Positions 27,573 to 33,130 of a stretch of DNA of 33,130 nt are shown in pieces (the first letter of the stretch is position 1; each line of letters begins with the position of its first letter). The DNA is taken from contig JARKSN010000074.1 in assembly GCA_029974275.1 (NCBI GenBank), forward strand, positions 1 to 33,130. Direction: 5' to 3'. The position numbers and the translations under genes were made by a program. This stretch comes from Candidatus Hydrogenedentota bacterium. GTDB lineage: Bacteria; Hydrogenedentota; Hydrogenedentia; Hydrogenedentales; SLHB01. The notes under the pieces were generated by a model. It was not told the DNA's origin. It searched no databases and saw only the letters and a program-made list of their open reading frames with translations.

Positions 27573-28967
27573 ATGGGGACGCCGCGGAACCGATGCCGCG
27601 TCGTGGCGATCGCTGCCGGCGTGATGCTTGTGTTGGCGGGGTGCTCCCTGCAGAACCTGCGAGAGGAAGCGTCATCATCTCTCACCGTCGATTGCGGCGT
27701 GCAGCACCAGACCATCGAGGGCTTTGGCGCGGCGTGCGCTTTTTGGGACGCCTCCTCGGCGGCGGTCTACGCAGACTCGGCGTTCCAAGACCGCATCGCG
27801 AACGATCTCGGTCTCTCGATTCTGCGTTTCGAAGTGAATCCCCGTCTCCAACTCCGGGAAGACCTGAATGCCGGCGTCCTTGACCTCGCCACCTTCGACT
27901 TCGAGGCGTTGCGCGTCGCGGGCGATCTGGCCGGCGCCCTGCGATCGCGCGTCGGCGAAGATTTCAAGCTCATCTGTTCGGTGTGGAGTCCGCCCGCCTG
28001 GATGAAGACCAACGGCAGCACGCGCAACGGGGGGGCGTTGCGCGCCGATCGCGTCCCGCACTTCGCCAAATACTGCGCCGGCCTCTGCCAAGGCTTCGAG
28101 AAGACGTACCGCGTGCCGATCCACGCGATGAGTCTGCAGAACGAGCCGTTGTTCGCCGAACCCTACGACTCGTGCGTCTACACCGCGGCGCAATTGCGCG
28201 ACGTGACGCAGGCCGTTCGCGCGGCTTTTTCCAAGGAAGGCGTGACGACGCGGCTCATGGGGCACGAGGACGTCGGGTGCGGATTCGCGCGCCGGTACGC
28301 GGCCCTCCTGGCGCCAACCATGCGCGATGCGCCGAAGGCCCTCGATTTTTGCTGCATTCACGGATACGCCGGCGATGGGCGCACCGCGGAAACGAGCCGC
28401 CGCAACTGGATGTCGCTGCGCGACGCCCTTGCTCCGTACAAACGCGCCTTGTGGATGACAGAAACCTCTGGACACGCGCACGACACATGGAACGGCGGAA
28501 TGACGGCGGCGCGGCACATTCACGAATCGCTGACCTACGGAAACTGCGCGGCATGGCTGTATTGGCAACTGACGATGCCTCACGGAAAAGTGGGGTATGC
28601 GTTGTGCCTGGACGGCCAGCCCACCCTGAAATACCATGCCGTGAAACATTTTTTCCGGTACGTGCGCCCCGGCTCCGTTCGGGTCGACGCGGGGCCCGAT
28701 ACGTCCGGACTCAACATTTCCGCATTCACGCGCCACGCCGACCGCTCCCTGACCATCGTCCTCATCAACAACGAGTCCGCGCCGCGCCGCGCCGTCATTC
28801 GTCTCGATCGCCTGCTTTGGCCCATAGCTTCTTTCGCGCAATTCCGTTCCACGCGCCACGAACCTTGCGTCGAAGCCGAAGAAATCTCCGTCGCTTCGGA
28901 TGGATCCGTGACGTTGGAAATTCCCGGCAGCGCGATTGTGACGCTGCGCGCACAGGCTTCCCTGTAA
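27573..28967 (+). CDS. Glycoside hydrolase family 30 (xylanase-like) lipoprotein
   Basis: Lipobox LVLAG-C; QTIEGFGA, LGLSILR, SVWSPPAWMKTN, SLQNEP (acid/base), LWMTETS (nucleophile), AWLYW, HFFRYVRPG..RV. Confidence 0.88.
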   Translation: MGTPRNRCRVVAIAAGVMLVLAGCSLQNLREEASSSLTVDCGVQHQTIEGFGAACAFWDASSAAVYADSAFQDRIANDLGLSILRFEVNPRLQLREDLNAGVLDLATFDFEALRVAGDLAGALRSRVGEDFKLICSVWSPPAWMKTNGSTRNGGALRADRVPHFAKYCAGLCQGFEKTYRVPIHAMSLQNEPLFAEPYDSCVYTAAQLRDVTQAVRAAFSKEGVTTRLMGHEDVGCGFARRYAALLAPTMRDAPKALDFCCIHGYAGDGRTAETSRRNWMSLRDALAPYKRALWMTETSGHAHDTWNGGMTAARHIHESLTYGNCAAWLYWQLTMPHGKVGYALCLDGQPTLKYHAVKHFFRYVRPGSVRVDAGPDTSGLNISAFTRHADRSLTIVLINNESAPRRAVIRLDRLLWPIASFAQFRSTRHEPCVEAEEISVASDGSVTLEIPGSAIVTLRAQASL

Positions 28968-29009
28968 TCCCTGCGCGAACGCGCTGCGCGCAACTATCCC
29001 CTCATGCAA

Positions 29010-29042
29010 CCGGCCCGTTCCCCATCGAGAGGAACGGGCCGG
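29010..29042. terminator. Perfect 12-bp hairpin between convergent genes (probable bidirectional terminator or RNA-stabilising stem)
   Basis: CCGGCCCGTTCC-9 nt-GGAACGGGCCGG. No clear U-tract on either strand. Confidence 0.5.
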
Positions 29043-29068
29043 CTGCGAGAGAATCAGGATAAAGCGAT

Positions 29069-31051
29069 CTACCGGAACAATGGAACGGACAGCGCTCCCA
29101 GTTGGGGCGTGTTTGCGTTGCTCGTCGGATCGTATCCGAAGGTTATCTCCAGCAAATCATTCACGCCGTCATCGTCGGAGTCGAACTTGTCGGGATCGGT
29201 GACATAGCCCAACGTCCCATGGATCTCGTCGTAGTTGGAAATGCGATCGCCGTCATTGTCTCCGTCGTTATCGGCGATGGTGATTGTGGCGACGGCATTG
29301 CCCGCGTCGATCGATCCGCCCACGGCGTTGCTCAACGTTATCGTGAACGACTCGGACGGCTCGATCGCGCCCTCGTCAAGAAGGGTCACAAGGACTGTTT
29401 TCGATGTCTCGCTATCCGTGAACGACAGCGTGCCAGACGCCGCCACATAGTCCGAGCCGGCCATCGCCGTTCCGTTCGCCGTGACGTAGTCGACGGTGAA
29501 GACGTTGCCCGATCCCGGCGCCTGATTCAGTTCGACCGTAATCGAGACCGATCCATCCCCCTCGTTGACGGCATACGTCTTGGGATTGAATTTCGCCTGC
29601 GGCCCTGGGGGGGGATTGCCGATCTGGAACGTCATCGTGGCGCCCGAATCGCTGACCGCATTGAGGTCGACGCCGCTTGCCGCGCCGCTTTTCAGATTGC
29701 TCGACGGAGTGGTTCCTCCGTTGAAGACGGTCTTGTTGCCTGTTCGGAAATAATCGGTGTCGGCGCCCTGGCTGTTTGGATTCGTGCGCAAATCCGTCGC
29801 GCCATTGGCCTGCTCGATGGCAATGCCCGGATTCGACGGGTTCTGGTTGACGCTGTTGGTGCGCCGGATATTGTTGTCATTCAGAATGCTGCTGTCGCAA
29901 TGATACACCGCAAGGCCGCCGTTCGAGCCCGGAAGTCCCGCGTCGAATCCGGTCTGCTGGCGATTTTCCACAATGAAAAAATCGTTGGCCGTCACGGCGG
30001 GCAATATTTTGACCACGGCATTGCTGCCGTTGACTGCGGCCAGGGACATGTGCAGATCGCCCGGCGCGGACACCGTGGTGAGCGTGGTCCACGCAAGCCA
30101 GCTCTTGAGAAATCCGTTGATATGGACCGGCGAATCGCCGCTGCTGCCGCCCCAACTGCCCGCGGCCATGAGACAATGACCGCCGAGCCCCGCCCAGTTG
30201 CCGCCGCTGCCCGCTCCGTCGGCGTCGTACAGATCGGGCAGTCCGATATCATGCCCAAGCTCATGGACCATCTGGCCCATCGTCGCCATGCTGCCGCCGT
30301 TGAACTCCGAGCCGCAATAGTTGTAACTCGTGAGCGAAACGCCGTCAGAGTCCGTCGAAGGCGTGAGATTTGTCAGGCTCGGCTCGGCCCAAACGTTATG
30401 GGCCCATGCGCGCGGCGTCGCGCTCGACGAATAGGATTTCTCGTCGCCTGCCTGGTAGATGAGGATATGAAGCTCATCCGCCTCGATGGTCCCATTGAGG
30501 TCCGCGTCGAAACTGGCATAATTAATGTAAGGATTTGCCGCCCGGATTGCCGCTGCCGCAAGAGTGGCCGAGTTGTTCCAATCGATGTCCGACCCGGAAT
30601 GCAACCCGCTTACGGTCAACGGGCCAATCACGCCGTCGTTTGCCGCGCCGTGCGATTCCGTCGCCTTGACGATGCGCAGATTGCCGACCGAAACTTCGTT
30701 GTAGTAGGCGTCGATATCGACCAAGCGCTGCGACCACAGCGACGCAGCAGAATAGGCGAACGGAGCCCCTGCCGCCGCATTCTCGATAAGGATGATGACC
30801 GCCGGGTGCGATCCGGCGATTGGCGGCGCCGGCGGAGCCTGAAGGCCCTTGGCCATCGCGGCCTGATTCGCCTGCAAAATTTTGGATGCCAGGATGGCAT
30901 TGGGCCCGCTGCCGCCCCACGGGGGCGCCGTTCCGTCTGCCCCGAGGCAGGCCCACGCCCCTGGCGTTGCGGCCAGCAAAATCGCCACAAGGCCGCCTAG
31001 CCAGCCCCGTCCCCATCGATGCCCGCACGCGCGGAAAGTCGCAGATGCCAT
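29069..31051 (-). CDS. Secreted M6 (immune inhibitor A-like) metalloprotease with Calx-beta domain and TSP3-like Ca-binding repeats
   Basis: GGAGGGA RBS and signal peptide; YYNEVS.G, INYASFD.D.NG, HELGHDIGLPDLYD, CLMAAGSW, IVENRQ..GFD..LP; Calx-beta V.EGDG...TANGTA.AGSDY....GTLSF...E.SE.F...LSN; DNDGDRISNYDE / DSDDDGVNDLLE. Confidence 0.9.
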   Translation of the reverse strand: MASATFRACGHRWGRGWLGGLVAILLAATPGAWACLGADGTAPPWGGSGPNAILASKILQANQAAMAKGLQAPPAPPIAGSHPAVIILIENAAAGAPFAYSAASLWSQRLVDIDAYYNEVSVGNLRIVKATESHGAANDGVIGPLTVSGLHSGSDIDWNNSATLAAAAIRAANPYINYASFDADLNGTIEADELHILIYQAGDEKSYSSSATPRAWAHNVWAEPSLTNLTPSTDSDGVSLTSYNYCGSEFNGGSMATMGQMVHELGHDIGLPDLYDADGAGSGGNWAGLGGHCLMAAGSWGGSSGDSPVHINGFLKSWLAWTTLTTVSAPGDLHMSLAAVNGSNAVVKILPAVTANDFFIVENRQQTGFDAGLPGSNGGLAVYHCDSSILNDNNIRRTNSVNQNPSNPGIAIEQANGATDLRTNPNSQGADTDYFRTGNKTVFNGGTTPSSNLKSGAASGVDLNAVSDSGATMTFQIGNPPPGPQAKFNPKTYAVNEGDGSVSITVELNQAPGSGNVFTVDYVTANGTAMAGSDYVAASGTLSFTDSETSKTVLVTLLDEGAIEPSESFTITLSNAVGGSIDAGNAVATITIADNDGDNDGDRISNYDEIHGTLGYVTDPDKFDSDDDGVNDLLEITFGYDPTSNANTPQLGALSVPLFR

Positions 31052-31174
31052 CCCGATTCCCTCCTGGTTGGTTTTCGAAAACAGAAAGATCCTCTTGTGT
31101 GCGCGTGAGCCGCGAAAAGGCGCAAAACGCCCCTCTTACGACATCCCAACCCGCTACCCCTTCCCCGTGCGTAC

Positions 31175-31203
31175 AGTCTAGGCTCAATACCCCACCCTGT
31201 CAA
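31175..31203 (-). promoter_or_regulatory. Sigma70 promoter of the M6 protease gene
   Basis: Minus strand TTGACA (31203-31198)-17 nt-TAGACT (31180-31175). Confidence 0.7.
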
Positions 31204-31214
31204 GGGGCTATGTT

Positions 31215-31467
31215 CAGGGCAATCGCATTAAATGGTCGAGGAAAATGGTGCATGGCGTTAATGTCTTTGTAGCGCCCGGTCTCCGTGCCGGGCGGTTTTA
31301 CAATAAGCGATGAGATGAATCCACACCGTCCTGGATCAGTGCGCCCAGACCCGCCCGGCACAGAGACCGGGCGCTACAAAAACGAAATCGTGCGCCAAAC
31401 GGTAAAATCGGGACGTATATGGGGCCGAAAAGTCCAAATGGCTCAGAATTTTAATGCAATGGCCCTG
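31215..31467. mobile_element. Non-autonomous 253-bp MITE with ISAs1-like terminal inverted repeats
   Basis: Left end CAGGGCAATCGCATTAAA (31215-31232) versus reverse-complemented right end CAGGGCCATTGCATTAAA (31450-31467): 16/18 identical. No transposase and no visible target-site duplication. Confidence 0.65.
31266..31380. repeat. GTAG-type REP doublet (REPIN-like), 30-bp inverted arms
   Basis: TTTGTAGCGCCCGGTCTCCGTGCCGGGCGG (31266-31295) and its inverted copy (31351-31380) are 29/30 identical. Each arm is GTAG plus an internal palindrome GCCCGG...CCGGGC; 55-nt spacer. Confidence 0.8.
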
Positions 31468-31491
31468 ATTCGATGGATCGTGTTCGGGGAA

Positions 31492-32823
31492 CTATAACGG
31501 CCTATCGCCGGAACGCATGAGGGAGAGTTTGGCCGTTTCCTCGTAAAACCGGTCCAACGGCAAGGCGGTGCGGGTCACGCAGTTGAAAAAATTGTAGCGC
31601 GCGAGGTCATGGTCGATAACGGAGTCCTGGGTTTCTTCGTAGAGCACGGTGCCGGGGATGGGGGTCAGGATCGTGAAGGCCGGGAATACGGCCCGGTGCG
31701 TACCCAAGAAATCCGACAGCGCGCGGAAGTCATCCAGTTGGTAGTCGGGGGGAATGATGTAGACGGCGCGGATCATGATGCCGTTGTCGTTGAGGACGCG
31801 GACGGCTTCGGATATCAACGGCACGTTCGTGTTCTTGTTGTAGCGGCGCAGGTCGGACTCGCGGAACGACTCGAAGCCGGAGATGACCACGCGCAAGCCA
31901 TTTTTCGCCAAACGTTCGATGAGCGCGGGATTGGCGGCGATGGTATCCACGCGGATGTCCATTGCGAAAGTCTTGTTGATCCCCTCTTCGGCGATGCGGT
32001 CCATGAGTCTCTCCGCGAAGTCGAGGTTTCCCAGGGTGTTGGCATCGGCAAACCGCACGGCGGCGTAGTCGTCGAGGGTCTTCAATTCGTCCACGACGCT
32101 CTCGACAGTCCGGGGGACATAACGTCCGTTAAACTGCGGCCAGACGGAGCAGAACGAGCACCGGCATGGGCACCCCAACGACGTGAAGACGTAGGTGCTC
32201 AGGCCCGGCTGCGGCACGATTCGATACGCCTGCATCCAACGTTGCAGCACGCTCCGGTCGGGCGTGACGAAGGGGCCGTCCGCGTCCAGCGACGCGCCCT
32301 GCGTGCGGTGCAAGCCAGTCGGCGTTTGCAATGCAATACCGCCGATGGCGTCGAACGGCAGGCGCTTCTCGTGCGCCTCGACGATCGCGCGAAAGGTCCG
32401 GACCGCTTGTCCCATGCAGACGACGTCTGTCGAGGTGTTGGCGAAATGTTGCGGGCACAGCGTTGCATGGACGCCACCCGCCACCGTGAGAATGCCGGGG
32501 TAGTGGCGTTTGGCGGCATCGAGCAGTTCCATCGCGGCGGGGAATTCCGAGGTCACGACGGTCACGCCGACGATATCGGGCTGGAAGCGCTTGATGTGTT
32601 CGGCAAGCAATGTGACCGGTGGCGGCGAATCGGGCCACAGGTCGTACTCGCCTTTCATGTCGAGCAGCGCGACGTCGTGGCCGTTCAGCCCTGCGGCGAG
32701 GGTGGCCAGTCCCAGGGGAGGGCCTGCGAGTTTGCCGTGGATGTAGCGCCGCGCGTCCTCGGGGGCATGTTGGAGGATGGCATTCTCGGACGAACGCGGC
32801 GGATTAACGAGAAGAATGCGCAC
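31492..32823 (-). CDS. B12-binding domain radical SAM protein (class B type)
   Basis: MRILLVNPP, PPLGLATLAA, PDIVGVT, GGVHATL (cobalamin-binding domain); TSLGCPCRCSFC (CxxxCxxC); FADAN; G.ES; TPIPGT.LY. Confidence 0.9.
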   Translation of the reverse strand: MRILLVNPPRSSENAILQHAPEDARRYIHGKLAGPPLGLATLAAGLNGHDVALLDMKGEYDLWPDSPPPVTLLAEHIKRFQPDIVGVTVVTSEFPAAMELLDAAKRHYPGILTVAGGVHATLCPQHFANTSTDVVCMGQAVRTFRAIVEAHEKRLPFDAIGGIALQTPTGLHRTQGASLDADGPFVTPDRSVLQRWMQAYRIVPQPGLSTYVFTSLGCPCRCSFCSVWPQFNGRYVPRTVESVVDELKTLDDYAAVRFADANTLGNLDFAERLMDRIAEEGINKTFAMDIRVDTIAANPALIERLAKNGLRVVISGFESFRESDLRRYNKNTNVPLISEAVRVLNDNGIMIRAVYIIPPDYQLDDFRALSDFLGTHRAVFPAFTILTPIPGTVLYEETQDSVIDHDLARYNFFNCVTRTALPLDRFYEETAKLSLMRSGDRPL

Positions 32824-33130
32824 CGGAGGCTGCCTCCCGCGTGCGGTGAAGCCGCCGAATCAGTTTTTCGGCCGTCTGGAGAATCTCCTTGCGGTCCACG
32901 ATCTTATCCACGATTCCATGCTCCAAGGCTTCCGGCGCAAGGATCGATCGGCCGGTCAGGATCAGCTCGATGGCCTTCGCCGAACCCGTCAATTCCGGCA
33001 ACCGGACCGTGCCGCCGCAGCCAGGGATCAACGAGAACTGCGTCTCGGGCAGCGCAAACACCGCGCGCGGCGTTGCGAGACGGAAATGACACGCGAGGGC
33101 CAGTTCGAATCCGCTTCCCAAACAGCACCC
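32804..33130 (-). CDS. Enoyl-CoA hydratase/isomerase family protein (5' end outside window)
   Basis: GCCLGSGFELALACHFR.A...A.FALPE...LIPG.GGT.RLP...G...A.ELILTG..I.A.EA...G.VD. The frame is open to the window edge. Confidence 0.9.
   Translation of the reverse strand, partial: GCCLGSGFELALACHFRLATPRAVFALPETQFSLIPGCGGTVRLPELTGSAKAIELILTGRSILAPEALEHGIVDKIVDRKEILQTAEKLIRRLHRTREAASGAHSSR

Noticed and set aside
579..31000. Long antisense or alternate-frame ORFs (e.g. 579-2567 +, 2985-5852 -, 15465-16934 -, 27675-29009 -, 29102-31000 +)
   Set aside because: These are shadows of well-supported genes on the opposite strand, as expected in high-GC DNA. They are Arg/Gly/His-rich with no recognisable motifs.
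31100..31140. c-di-GMP-I riboswitch-like GAAA...GGCGCAAAAC in the M6 leader
   Set aside because: It is on the wrong strand for the M6 gene and lacks the 5' GGCAAA and the P2/P3 stems.
1..33130. CRISPR arrays, tRNA/rRNA genes, prophage or defence genes, intact transposases
   Set aside because: None were seen: no regularly spaced direct repeats, cloverleaves or relevant protein motifs.

Overview
GC-rich bacterial chromosomal window with about 23 genes. The gene repertoire (dockerin-tagged secreted protease, prepilin/H-X9-DG protein, URO-D-family protein, GH172, GH30) suggests Candidatus Hydrogenedentota or a similar lineage; this is inference only. In order, it contains a fapA-cheD-HDOD motility/chemotaxis operon (-), a large secreted M4 protease, mnmG, a prepilin-like protein, and a three-gene run of a TPR protein, a URO-D-family protein and a kinase-like protein. 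These are followed by guaBA-exoD, a DUF2339-like membrane protein, cca, a DapA-family aldolase, sirC-cobA, hinT, GH172, GH30, an M6 protease, a B12-binding radical SAM enzyme and a partial enoyl-CoA hydratase. The most unusual features lie between genes or in degenerate domains. (1) A candidate ~300-nt structured non-coding RNA on the minus strand between cobA and hinT has its own extended -10 promoter, six hairpins, an intrinsic terminator and mutually exclusive terminator/antiterminator pairings. (2) A 253-bp MITE with ISAs1-like ends carries a nested GTAG REP doublet and sits beside the M6 protease promoter. (3) Two apparent pseudoenzymes flank the URO-D-family gene: an S1-P1/PLC-like domain lacking its Zn-binding histidines, and a kinase-like fold lacking HxD/DFG. 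All calls come from motif reading by eye; no searches were run.
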